Source: an uncultured Chloroflexia bacterium (GTDB lineage: Bacteria; Chloroflexota; Chloroflexia; QHBQ01; JADMIH01). From it: DNA of 64,000 nucleotides. A program made the translations under genes and the position numbers. The notes under the pieces are model-generated. The model made no database searches. It was not told where the DNA came from and worked only from the letters and a program-made list of their open reading frames with translations. Positions 50,725-61,213 of the stretch are shown here, piece by piece. The stretch spans positions 736,001 through 800,000 of the forward strand of contig CAWCNY010000006.1 of NCBI GenBank assembly GCA_963797095.1, in the 5' to 3' direction. Within the stretch, counting starts at the first letter, position 1. Every line of letters begins with the position of its first letter.

Positions 50725-50882
50725 TGCGGCAACCGTTCGTAGTCTTTGCTCAGCCGACGATTGCGGTTCAGCCATGCGAAAGTGCGTTCCACAACCCATC
50801 GTCGGGGTAGCGCCACAAAGCCTTTTTGCCTTTCCGTCTTCTCTACTATCTCCAACTGCCACCGCAGCGCAGGCTTCACCCA
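50725..50882 (-). pseudogene. IS5-family transposase C-terminal remnant
   Basis: [33 protein letters not shown]. Confidence 0.8.
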
Positions 50883-50935
50883 TTCTAAAACAGGCAAAAA
50901 TGGCGGCGCAGCCGCCATTTTTGCCTGTTTTAGAA
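50883..50935. repeat. perfect 25-bp palindrome with GCA loop (family of 18108)
   Basis: TTCTAAAACAGGCAAAAATGGCGGC-GCA-GCCGCCATTTTTGCCTGTTTTAGAA. Confidence 0.9.
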
Positions 50936-51033
50936 AGCCCCAATATTTAGGGAGGGTTGGGGTTTTGGAGCATCCTGATGCCGTTTTGTACCAATTTCAA
51001 ACATCGGGATGCTCACGAACATGAGCAAAGGCG

Positions 51034-51081
51034 TTATTTCTTCTTGCCGCCTTTCTTGCCGTCCTTCTTCTTTGCTCGCAT
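51034..51081 (-). CDS. 15-aa lysine-rich micropeptide MRAKKKDGKKGGKKK
   Basis: AAGGAGGTGA RBS 6 nt before ATG, TAA stop, downstream hairpins; absent from the ORF track. Confidence 0.65.
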   Translation of the reverse strand: MRAKKKDGKKGGKKK

Positions 51082-51141
51082 CGTCGTTCACCTCCTTCGT
51101 CGAGAAATCACTACACTTGCCTCTGTTTCGGAGGTAGTGCA

Positions 51142-51197
51142 TACACTATAGCGTAAGTAGATTCCACTATAGTGTAGAGAGAGTACATTATAGTGTA
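51142..51197. promoter_or_regulatory. three 14-bp palindromic boxes (consensus TACACTATAGTGTA) at 21-bp period
   Basis: 51142 tacactatagcgta, 51163 tccactatagtgta, 51184 tacattatagtgta. Confidence 0.75.
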
Positions 51198-51288
51198 TTC
51201 TCTGCGCCATATTATACCACATCTTGTCAAATCACCCCACATAGCCTTTTCGACGTATAGACGTATAATAGTATTGGAGGATATAGAA

Positions 51289-51663
51289 ATGGGCAAGCAA
51301 TGGATAGCAGGCGCGGTTCTTCTACTCGTTTGGGTTGGTGCCTCGATGTATTTCATCGTGGCGGGCCTCGACGTAGATCTACCCCCCGAAGTTACCGCTT
51401 ACCTGCCCCACTTCGTGGTGGTGCTCGTGGCGGGCCTCGTCTTTTTCCGCTTCCACCGTACAACCGGCGATCCCGCTCTCGATGCCGCTAATCTATGGGC
51501 CGTTGCCTCCGGCGTCGTCCTGCTGGTCCTCCTCGGTTTCGCACTGGTCACCTGGGGCACCGACCCCAACCTGGGGAAAGATTGGCTGCTCACCGCCATC
51601 GCCTGGTCGCCCATCGCCCTTTTCCTGATTTTTCGCTACCGCAACCAGCTCAGGCCCCGCTGA
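51289..51663 (+). CDS. 4-TM membrane protein
   Basis: TATAAT 51265-51270, RBS GGAGG, hydrophobic ORF. Confidence 0.75.
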   Translation: MGKQWIAGAVLLLVWVGASMYFIVAGLDVDLPPEVTAYLPHFVVVLVAGLVFFRFHRTTGDPALDAANLWAVASGVVLLVLLGFALVTWGTDPNLGKDWLLTAIAWSPIALFLIFRYRNQLRPR

Positions 51664-51670
51664 TTGCATT

Positions 51671-53599
51671 TCATCTGTCCGTGCCGCAACTGGGGAAGAA
51701 GACGCTCGACACGATCTTAGAAGTTTGCCCCCTCGTGACCAGTGCCCCTGGCCTGAAGTATGGCCTGTTGTCCGGTCCCACGCACGGTTCTCCCGGCCCT
51801 CCACAGGGATAGCCGTTGATCGCGCCCAACCCATGTAGCGCCTCTATATACTCGTAGAAGGTGTGCGTTGGAGGCACATCCTCGAAACTCTGCACCGCAA
51901 TCGTATCGCTGCACCCGTACGCCAGGCACACTATCTTCGATAGCTGGCCCCTGGTGGTGTTGCTTCCAGGCCGGAAGTAGGGCTTGTTGTCCGGCCCCAC
52001 GCATGGCTCTCCTGGCCCTCCACAGGGATACCCATTGATAATAGCGCGGCTTGCCAACCTCTCGATGAAGTCGTGGAATGTAGACCCCACAGGCACATCC
52101 TGGAAGGTCTGTTCAGGGTGCGCTTCTGCATAGCCTGCGGCATTAGCCACGATCTTGGCAATCTGACCCCTGGTGACGTCGTTGTTGGGTCTGAAGGTGC
52201 CATCCGAATAACCCGAAACGATGCCATTGCAAGCCAGGCACTCTATATAAGTGTAGAAGGTAGAGCCGGAAGGCACATCGGAGAACTCGATCGCGCAGAT
52301 CGTAGGGCCAGGCGTAGGGGTGGGTGTGGTTGGGCATGGGTTGTAGTGCTCGATTAGCGTAAGAGGAGTAGCTGTATTATCCGCATAGTAACCCGCCGCC
52401 CACACATCCGTTGATGACACCGCGGCCACACCGTACAGGAAGTTATCGCCTGAGCTGATGTCGGGGCTTGACACCGCGCTCCACGCGCTTCCGTTCCAAT
52501 GCAGGATCAGCGCCTGCGGAACGCCCACGTTCTCATAATATCCCACCGCCCACATATCGCTTCCCGAAACCGCCGTTGCACCGTACAGATAGTTATCCTC
52601 CCTCCCCACGTTCGGGCTGGTAACCACGCTCCATGCGCTCCCGTTCCAGTGGAGGGTAAGGGTCTGCTCCACACCTCCCGCACTGTCATTGTAATCTCCT
52701 ACCGCCCACGCATCACTGGACGATATGGCGGTCACTCCGTACAAATAATTCTCGTTAGCTCCCACCCCTGGACTCGACACAACCGTCCAACTGCTACCGT
52801 TCCAATGGAGCGTGAGCGGCTCCCGAACACTCCCTGCCCCGTTGTCATAGTTCCCCACAGCCCACACATCGCTCGCGGATTTAGCGTCAACTCCGTAAAG
52901 GTAGTTCTCACTCGTACCCGCATCGGGACTCGACTGCTGGACCCACGTGAGGCCACTCCAATGGAGAGTAAGTGTGTGCTCATTGGTGCCATCAAAGTAC
53001 TCGCCAACGGCCCACACATCGCTCGCAGAAGTGGCTGTTACTCCATTAAGCTCGCTCTCCAACCCCGGGCTGGGACTTGTCACGGCGGACCATGAGCTCC
53101 CGTTCCAGTGAACAATAAGGGTCTTGAAGCCTGAGCTATCAGATTGATGGCCCACAGCCCACACATCGCTCGCTGAAATGGCCGTTACACCCTGAAGCTC
53201 ATTCGCCACAATGCCCGGGTTAGGGCTTGATACAACGCTCCATGTAGTGCCGTTCCAGTGCTCTATTAGCGTCTGGTGTGCGCCGACGTTGTAGTACCCC
53301 CCTACGGCCCACACATCGTTGGACGATATTGCAGCTATTCCGTTGATGAAGTGCTCTGCTGCACCGGGATTGGGGCTGGGCACCACAACCCAGTCATTAT
53401 CGCAATCAGGTGCGCTTGCGACCTGCGAGACAGCAGGCGTTTCTGCAAAAGTTGGCTGAACGGCTAGGGTCAACGCCCCCCATACAGCAATGGCCCCCAC
53501 GATAAGCGTAAATAACAAAACGATATTGCGAATGAAAGGTCTGGCCGGTTCGATTGAGGCTCGTGCTCTCGCGATAAAAATAGCAATCTTCGTAGACAT
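51671..53599 (-). CDS. S-layer homology (SLH) protein with DVWAVG-repeat beta-propeller
   Basis: 7 repeats L.GV.A.S..DVWAVG...HWNG..W; three SLH domains FSDVP/FQDVP/FEDVP...TRGQ; RBS AAGGAGG. Confidence 0.9.
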   Translation of the reverse strand: MSTKIAIFIARARASIEPARPFIRNIVLLFTLIVGAIAVWGALTLAVQPTFAETPAVSQVASAPDCDNDWVVVPSPNPGAAEHFINGIAAISSNDVWAVGGYYNVGAHQTLIEHWNGTTWSVVSSPNPGIVANELQGVTAISASDVWAVGHQSDSSGFKTLIVHWNGSSWSAVTSPSPGLESELNGVTATSASDVWAVGEYFDGTNEHTLTLHWSGLTWVQQSSPDAGTSENYLYGVDAKSASDVWAVGNYDNGAGSVREPLTLHWNGSSWTVVSSPGVGANENYLYGVTAISSSDAWAVGDYNDSAGGVEQTLTLHWNGSAWSVVTSPNVGREDNYLYGATAVSGSDMWAVGYYENVGVPQALILHWNGSAWSAVSSPDISSGDNFLYGVAAVSSTDVWAAGYYADNTATPLTLIEHYNPCPTTPTPTPGPTICAIEFSDVPSGSTFYTYIECLACNGIVSGYSDGTFRPNNDVTRGQIAKIVANAAGYAEAHPEQTFQDVPVGSTFHDFIERLASRAIINGYPCGGPGEPCVGPDNKPYFRPGSNTTRGQLSKIVCLAYGCSDTIAVQSFEDVPPTHTFYEYIEALHGLGAINGYPCGGPGEPCVGPDNRPYFRPGALVTRGQTSKIVSSVFFPSCGTDR

Positions 53600-53978
53600 C
53601 TCTGGCGTACCTCCTTGGCAGAAAGTGACAATCGCGGCACGCCGCAACTCTACCGGGATAACGCCTCAAAGATGCAACCTGGTTAGCAACACGTGCCGCG
53701 CCGACTATTGTGCCGGTCGCGCTCGCACCGCTATTGCCGATCCCTTTCTGAGCAGGTGGGTAAACCCAAATATGGCAAATAAGTATGGTGAGCCGATAAG
53801 TAAGACAGGCCATCTCTTGAGATGGACAAATGAATAAGAAGGACCAGGGGGCGAACGCGCCGGCAACACTACAGTAGGGGGTACTCATTATATCACTAAC
53901 TCCCCAGGAATCAAGGCACCCACCCTCGGTAAATGTCCAGATTTGCGGTGGGGCAATTTCCACGATATTGTATGAGGC

Positions 53979-55400
53979 ATGAGCTGGGAAGAAGAAGTAA
54001 TGGCTTTGCGGGCTGAAGTAGTCATCCTCAAAGAGCAGCTTGCCCAAGCATTGGCTGCGAACAGCCAGTTGCAGGCACAACTAGACAAGTACCGAAGCGA
54101 ACCACCCTCTTTCGTCAAGCCCAACACTGCCAAGTCCAAAGACCAGGCTAACTCCGAGAAGAAACCACGCCGCAAACGAGCCAAAGACCAAAATGGTGCC
54201 AGGCGTAGAGAGCAAACACCCACCCAAACGGTGCAGCACCACATAGAGATGTGCCCTGACTGTGGATATGGACTAAGCCAGCCCCAACTGGCCTCCGGCT
54301 CCAGACGCCAGGTGATAGAACTCCCTCCTCCCCTTCCTGTAGAAGTCACCGAGCACCAGTTGTTCAAGAGTTGGTGCGCCCGATGCTCCAAATGGCATTA
54401 TCCTCCACTCGATTTGAGCGCTCAGGGGGAGGTGATTGGACAAAGCAGAATGGGGATACGCATCGCCTCCCTGATAGCTTACTTACGCACCACCCTGAGA
54501 ATGCCGGTGCGTCTGATTAGAGAATACCTGCACATCGTGCACAACTTGCTCATCTCTACAGGTGAGATTGCGGACCTGCTGCATCGAGTGGCCGAGGCAG
54601 AGAAGGTGAGAAAAGCAGCACAAGATATCAAAGAGGGGATAAGACAGAGCAGTGTGGTGCATGGGGACGAGACAGGGTGGCGAGAAGGTGGGCAGAATGG
54701 CTATATCTGGTGCTTCTGCACGCCCCATGGTGAGCGATACTACGAGTATGACCACAGTCGGGGAGGAGCAGTGGCCAGGCGTATCCTCGGCTCACAGTTC
54801 AAGGGTACACTGGTCACCGACTTCTACGCGGCATACAATGAATTCCCAGGAGAACACCAACGATGCTGGGTGCATCTGCTGAGGGACTTACACGAGTTGA
54901 AGGAAGAGCACAAAGGGAATGAAGAAGTGGTGGAGTGGGCCAAAGGGGTGCGCGCTCTGTATGACACAGCCCAAGAGTGCCTGCGAGCTGAACAGTGCGA
55001 ACAGGGTGAACACGGTCCACCTTCTGCGGTAGAGAGAGAAGTGTTGTACATTGAGCTAATGGAGGGTGTGAGAGAGTTGGGAGGTAAGTACGCCTCAGCC
55101 AAGCCTCACAAGGAGCACCCATGTCATGCTCTGTGCAAGAGGCTGCTTCGCCACCAGGACGAGCTATTCCGCTTCGTACTACAAAGTGGCCTCTCGGCGG
55201 ACAACAACCTGGCGGAGAGGAGTGTGCGGGCGGTGGTGGTGATGCGCAAGGTGTCGGGAGGGTCGCAATCAGCAAGGGGGAGTGCCACACGCATGAGGCT
55301 GGCTACATTGTTCGGCACCTGGCGAGCTAAGGGTCTCAACCCCTTCTTTGAGTGTTTCACCCTTCTCTCTCAACCCCAACCCCAGCCCCTCACACCCTAA
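53979..55400 (+). mobile_element. IS66-family transposase (apparently intact single ORF)
   Basis: coiled coil, CPDCG, RQVIELP, HGDETGW, LVTDFYAAY, QRCWVHLLR, DNNLAERSVR; element ends not resolved. Confidence 0.9.
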
Positions 55401-56199
55401 TTCTGAACGCTATCCACCCTCGGCGGGTGCGGGCCAGCATTTAGGCAGCTTTTGTGAGGGTGCGAGTTTTGGGCCAACTTTGTTTCCATCGGTCACTGAG
55501 CAACTCAGCCCTCAATGTCAGTACCCCTTGAGCACCCCGCTTGCCCCAGCACATGCCTGCTCCCTTCATGCGTGTTCCGATCAGCCGCTTGCAAGCACTC
55601 TCCACTGTGCCACTCCCAATCGGATAGCCCATCGCTCGGTACTGCGAGTAGCGCATCCTCTCTCGGTTAGTCTGGAAGTAGTGGATTTGCTCTGCGGCTG
55701 CCTCGCCCGCCTCACCTTCGCGTTTACTCTCCCGGTGCAGAGCCACTATCACTGCTTCCACTCGCCCTTCCCATAGCTCCCCCTCCCATCGCTTCACCCA
55801 CCCTACCGCTTCGGTTGTGCCCTGTCCAAAGATGCCGTTGCCCACCGCCCACAAGTGCTCCACAGCGTGATACCAATCCAGCACCTCTCCAGCACCTCCA
55901 CTCGATTAGCAAAGTGCTCATCGAACTGTACCCAGTTGGAGGGTGCTCCATCTCCCAGGCATACCACCACCTCATCTGTGCCGATCCCGCGCCTGGCCGC
56001 TTCCGCAGCGAGCCGCTCTCCCGCTTCTCCCATTGAGCCGACTTCAGCTATGTAGCTTTGCTTGGTAGCCCGACCTCCATCTACCTCCCCTGCTTCGTTG
56101 AGGGTAGGTTCAGCCCAAAACACCACTCCCGCTTTGGCATCATGCCAACCATCTTCATAGCGCACCTTCCCCGCGTCCAATGCCACTGCCCATATTCCA

Positions 56200-56253
<54 letters not shown>

Positions 56254-56440
56254 ATTGGGTCAATCCCAGCTTTGAGTAGCGCCACCCCTTCTGCCTGTAG
56301 GTTCTCCTCCAATGCCAGACCTCTCTGTTCGGTTATCCGTTGGACTTCTCTGGTAGAGACGGAGATGCCACTGAGCACTTCCTATAATGGCCCTGGAAAA
56401 CTGGACCACGAAACGGCGAAAGCTCCTCTGAAAATAAGAG

Positions 56441-57685
56441 TTAGGCCACTTGTTGAACCTGTTGAATAGGCACAAGCTGCACCTGGTATCCAAGGCTCTC
56501 CAAGCGACGGACTGCCCGCTTCTCTACCATCTGCCGTTCTCGCTCATCAAAGTAGTTGCCTCCCAACTCCTGGTATGATACCCGACGCAAAAGCACATGA
56601 TACACAATCACCAAGATAGAATGAGCTACCGCTACCATCGCTCTCTTGCTCCCTCTTCTACGCACCAACCGCCCGTATTGAGCCGCCAGGTATGTGCCTT
56701 TGGTACGCACTGCCCCATGTGCTGCCTCTATCAGCACCGCCTTGAGCCACGGACTTCCCTTGCGCGTCTTCCCACTCAACCGTTTACCCCCGCTCTGGTT
56801 GTTGCCCGGACACATGCCCGCCCAAGAAGCCAGGTGGTGCGCAGACGCAAATCGGGTCATGTCCACTCCTATCTCCGCTACCAGCACTTGAGCCGCTCGC
56901 TCCGAGATGCCCGGCACACTGTCCAACATTTCCAACTGCCCCTCCTCAACGAAAGGGCGCGCGCTCTCCTCAATCTCGGTGCTCACTCTCTCTATGGACG
57001 CATCAAGATAGTCAATGTGTCCAAGGTGCTCGGCTATCATGAAGCGGTGGTATCCGCGCACTCTACCGGAAAGAGCCGCCACCAACGCTTCGTGCTTCTC
57101 CCTCAGCCGTCCCTGGGCGAGATCGGCCAAGATATTGGCATCAGTCTGCCCATCAACCAGCGCACCCAACATGGCTCTGGCCGATACACCCATAATATCG
57201 GTGGCAACTCCTGCCAGCTTGATGTTGGCATCCTCCAGTATCTTCTGCAACCGATTGATGGTATTCGCTTTCTCCCTCACCAGCGTAGTGCGGAAGCGGG
57301 TCAACTCCCGCAGGTCACGTTGTGCGGCATCTGGGATGAAGCTCCCTCGGAGCAACCCGTGCCGAAGCAGATCGGCTATCCACTCCGAGTCCTTGACATC
57401 GGTCTTACGACCAGGCACTGCCTTGATATGCTGGGCGTTGACCACCAACAACTCGAACTGCTCGTAGCCTTCCAACAGGTTGTAGATTGGCTTCCAGTAA
57501 ACGCCGGTGGACTCCATCGCCACATGGGTGCACCCAACTTGCGCCAGCCAATCAGCCATGTGCAATATGTCGGCGGTCATGGTACTGAAGGTACGTACCG
57601 CCTTACCAGAGGGAGTGAGCAAACAAGCCACTATCGTCTTCTTGTGTACATCAAGACCACAGCATCGCTCGTAAATCGCGTTCAT
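56441..57685 (-). CDS. IS110-family recombinase (DEDD RuvC-like)
   Basis: GLDVHK, AMESTGVYW, KTDVKDSEWIA, SVPGI, AGMCP..SG; RBS AAGGAGG. Confidence 0.93.
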   Translation of the reverse strand: MNAIYERCCGLDVHKKTIVACLLTPSGKAVRTFSTMTADILHMADWLAQVGCTHVAMESTGVYWKPIYNLLEGYEQFELLVVNAQHIKAVPGRKTDVKDSEWIADLLRHGLLRGSFIPDAAQRDLRELTRFRTTLVREKANTINRLQKILEDANIKLAGVATDIMGVSARAMLGALVDGQTDANILADLAQGRLREKHEALVAALSGRVRGYHRFMIAEHLGHIDYLDASIERVSTEIEESARPFVEEGQLEMLDSVPGISERAAQVLVAEIGVDMTRFASAHHLASWAGMCPGNNQSGGKRLSGKTRKGSPWLKAVLIEAAHGAVRTKGTYLAAQYGRLVRRRGSKRAMVAVAHSILVIVYHVLLRRVSYQELGGNYFDERERQMVEKRAVRRLESLGYQVQLVPIQQVQQVA

Positions 57686-57710
57686 GGACCACCTTACCTC
57701 CTTGCTTGTA

Positions 57711-57750
57711 ATCTGATCCGATCTGATCCGATCTGATCCGATCTGATCCG
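57711..57750. repeat. (ATCTGATCCG)4 tandem repeat in the IS110 non-coding end
   Basis: four exact copies. Confidence 0.93.
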
Positions 57751-57999
57751 CGTAACGCTTTACAGTCAGTGCGAAGAGGTCAGCCAACAGGGTGCCCACT
57801 ATGCAAAGAATCTCCTCTACGTGCTTCCCAAGAGAGACCCCAGTACAAGGATCCCCAGAATGGGAGCGACAGACAATGGTGCCTGGGGACACCCAGGTCA
57901 TACTTAGGTACAGGCTCGTGGCACCAGACTTCGCCCGACCTTTAGCGTTGGCTGCCTCTCGCAGACTGCAGACTAAAGTATAACCATTTTCATTCGCTA

Positions 58000-59343
58000 T
58001 GGTGGCCCGTAGGGTCATGATTACTTAGGTGAGATAGAACGGCTATGACGACCATGAAAAAGCTCAACGGATTGCGCAACAACTATTCGCCGGAATACAA
58101 GGCTAACATTGTGCGGGAAATCCTGCGTGAGGAGAAGAGCGTCGCACAAATAGCTGCCGAACACGGCATCCACCCCCATCAGCTCTACCAGTGGCGAGAC
58201 ATCGCTTTGCAGGGATTGCCCACCCTTTTCTCAGGCCAATCAGCCAAAGAGCAGGCAGAGCGGGAAGCTGCCCACGCGCAGAAGGTATATGAATTGTATG
58301 CCCAGATAGGCATGTATGCCCAGATAGGCAAGCTAACCACCCAGTTGGAGTGGCTGGGAAAAAAAGCTGGAAGAATCGATGAATAAAGAGGAGCGTGTGG
58401 CGTTGCTGGAGCGGGAGCCCGTGGTCACCAGTGTGGCGGGGCTGTCCATTCGTGCGCAAACTCAGCTTCTGGGGTTGAACCGCTCCTCCTTGTACTACCG
58501 AAGTGTGCCGCCCTCGCCGTAGGAACTTTGGCTCAAGAGGCGCATAGACGAAATCTACACCGCTCACCCCTTCCCCTTCTATGGCTCCCGGCGTATCGCT
58601 GTCCAGTTGCACAACGAAGGACATTCGGTCAACCGCAAGACGGTGGCCCTCCATATGAGGGAGATGGGTCTGGTGGGGATAGCTCCCGGCCCCTCCACGA
58701 GCATGGGTAGCAAGCGAGCAGCTGATTCGAAATATCCCTATCTGCTGAGAGGAGTGGTTGCCGACTACCCAAATCACGTCTGGGGGGTAGACATCACCTA
58801 CATAAGAATGGTAGGCGGCCCACAGGCTTATCCGGGGTGGCTGTACCTGGTGGCGGTGTTGGACTGGCACTCGTGGACTGGCACTCGCGCTACATAGTCA
58901 GTTGGGAACTGAGCCAGAACATGGGGCAAGGCTTTGTCATGGACGCTGCGCGAGCAGCCCTTGCCAAAGCGACGCCTTTCATCTGGAACTCTGACCAGGG
59001 AAGCCAGTTCACCTCCCCTCAGTACACCGCCCTGCTGGAGGGGGCGGGAGTGCAAATCAGCATGGATGGCAGAGGCCGGTTCGTGGACAACATCTTCACC
59101 GAGCGGCTTTGGCGAACGAATAAATACGAAGAAGTCTACTTGCATGAGTATTGCAGTCCTAAACAGGCCAGGCACAGCCTGAGCGAGTACATCCACTTCT
59201 ACAACAACGAGCGGCCCCACCAGGCCCTGGACTATCAGACGCCGGCGGCAGTGTACCACTTGCACCGGCTAGCTACCCCACAAGAAGGAGGCAATCTCAC
59301 CTAAGAAATGGCCTTCCAGTGGTCTTGACAACCTGGGCCACCA
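58000..59343 (+). mobile_element. IS3-family element, inactivated
   Basis: IRs TGGTGGCCC...GGGCCACCA; orfA 58045 HTH; A7G slip site 58359-58366; orfB WGVDITY, NSDQGSQF, ERLWRTNKYEE; TAG at 58520-58522 and a 14-nt duplication. Confidence 0.92.
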
Positions 59344-59975
59344 TATCCATCGCCTGAGACGCTCTATCGAAAGGCATCTGCACTCCCAACAGGCAGACCC
59401 CTTGTTGGACACCCTCCGAGAAGCGCTCCCTTGCCTGTATAGCCAGGGTCTCATCTAGTGGGTAGCGCCCTGTGCCACACCCTTCACAGTACCACACCCT
59501 TCACAGTAGAAGTATCCCCGCTCCAATGTGACCATACCTACCCACGTCTGAAGGGTGCGCTGTTGCCTACCTTTGTACCGAGGTATCTGCCCACACTCGC
59601 AGCGGTTGTTCCCCAGATGCCAGCCTTCTTCTACTTGTTGGACGCTTAGTTGGGCTGCCATTTGCAAGGCTGAGGCAAAACATTGCCTGTTCAGATGGCG
59701 AGCTTGCTCTTCGAGTTGGTAGAGGTCCGCTTGTGGGTTGCGCTTAGCGAAGCACCATAGCTGTTTGACATAGCCCTCAAACTCTTGCACAATACTGTTG
59801 AGCATAGGTGACAGGTCGTAGACGGCCTCAAGCTGATTGTTCGCTTCCAAAGATGATACCCTCCAGGATTTCGGCCTCAGCCGGGATGTTTTAGCACCTG
59901 TAGGGTATCATCTTTTCTTCTTGCCTAAAAGCTGGCCCGCACCCCCCTCGGCCAACCACCCCCAAACCATCAATC

Positions 59976-61175
59976 CTATTTGCAAGGGTCCGAATACCGC
60001 AGGATCACAGGCAGGTTGTTCCCCAGTTGATCCGCTATGCTGGCCCCCGCCGCCCACAACTCCCCACCCGACCCAGGCACCGCCACCACCGCCGACAGCA
60101 CATCCGAGTAGTCCCCCAGGCTCGGCGCTTGCACCTGCCGCCATTCATCCCCATCCCACTTTGCCGCCAGCGACCTATCCTTCCCACCCTCGCTGTACGA
60201 CCCCACCGCCCACACCTCGCCCTGCGATACCGCCGCCACCGCGTTCAACCCGTTGTTCCCGCTGCCATCCCCCGGATTGGGCGTCGCCACCCGCTTCCAA
60301 TCCACGCCGTCCCAATGTAGCGATAAAGTCTGCGGCCCGAACGCGCCCACAGCCCATATATCATTCTTAGACAGGGCCGACATCCCCCACACAGCCCCGT
60401 CGCTGTTCGCCTCCACACTGCTCCACTTCACCCCATCCCAGTGTGCCAGCAGCGGCTTCAGCACCGTCCCCGAAGCATCCGAATACGACCCCCCCACCCA
60501 CACATCATCAGGCGCGATAGCCGCCACCACGCTAAGGGTAGCGTTCTGCTCTACGATCCCCGTTTCCACCGTCCTCCACACCGTCCCATCCCAGTGCATC
60601 ACCAATGCCTGCGTGCCCGTCGTGCGGTTCCCCGCCAACTCCTCCCCCACAGCCCACACATCGTCGGCACCCAGCGCCCCCACCGCGTTCAAACTGCTGA
60701 TCTTGAGCCTGCTCGGTGTCGGCACAATCGTCCACACCGTCCCATCCCAATGCAGCGCCAACGTGCGCCACAGGTCGGTGCCCTGGTGACTTGCCCCCAC
60801 GATCCAAATATCGTCGGGCGTGATCGCCGCCATCCCGTAGAGGTGGTTGCTAAAATCGGCTACGCTAGGGCTTGGGCTCTCGGTCCACTCCGTTCCATCC
60901 CAGTGCTCCACCAGGGTGAGTGCATATTCCTCTCCTCCATATATCCCCGCCGCCCACACATCGTCAGCCGAGAGCGCGGCCAGCGCGTGCAACTCGTTAT
61001 AGGTCCTGCTGGCCGAAGCCGCTGCCACGGGCCTCCACGCAGGCCCGCACTCCGGGATCCCCCCTCTCCCAAACAACCCCGCCAGTGGCCCGAGCTTCGC
61101 AAACGCAGAAATGCTTGCCAGCCCTACGACCAGCAAGCACCCCACAAGAACAATCCAAAAATATCGTCGTTGCAC
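59976..61175 (-). CDS. secreted DVWAVG-repeat beta-propeller without SLH, paralogue of 51671..53599
   Basis: signal/TM, repeats DDVWAVG...HWDG..W. Confidence 0.85.
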   Translation of the reverse strand: MQRRYFWIVLVGCLLVVGLASISAFAKLGPLAGLFGRGGIPECGPAWRPVAAASASRTYNELHALAALSADDVWAAGIYGGEEYALTLVEHWDGTEWTESPSPSVADFSNHLYGMAAITPDDIWIVGASHQGTDLWRTLALHWDGTVWTIVPTPSRLKISSLNAVGALGADDVWAVGEELAGNRTTGTQALVMHWDGTVWRTVETGIVEQNATLSVVAAIAPDDVWVGGSYSDASGTVLKPLLAHWDGVKWSSVEANSDGAVWGMSALSKNDIWAVGAFGPQTLSLHWDGVDWKRVATPNPGDGSGNNGLNAVAAVSQGEVWAVGSYSEGGKDRSLAAKWDGDEWRQVQAPSLGDYSDVLSAVVAVPGSGGELWAAGASIADQLGNNLPVILRYSDPCK

Positions 61176-61213
61176 GGCACTATTGTAAATGATCGCCCTG
61201 CCAACGACCCACG

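Larger units (their letters stand above)
56378..57997 (-). mobile_element. IS110-family element with about 310-bp upstream non-coding end
   Basis: boundaries deduced from rejoining the host ORF; short subterminal ATAATGG/AAAATGG motifs. Confidence 0.8.

Noticed and set aside
51142-51197. Assignment as NrdR boxes
   Set aside because: 14-bp rather than 16-bp palindrome, 21-bp period, and no ribonucleotide reductase gene nearby
53860-55416. Precise IS66 inverted repeats and TSD
   Set aside because: Right end resembles TGAACGCT but no convincing left partner or duplication was found
57686-58018. N-terminal extension of the IS110 ORF (525 aa in the track)
   Set aside because: Strong RBS and the family N-terminus are at 57685; the extension crosses a tandem repeat and the IS3 end
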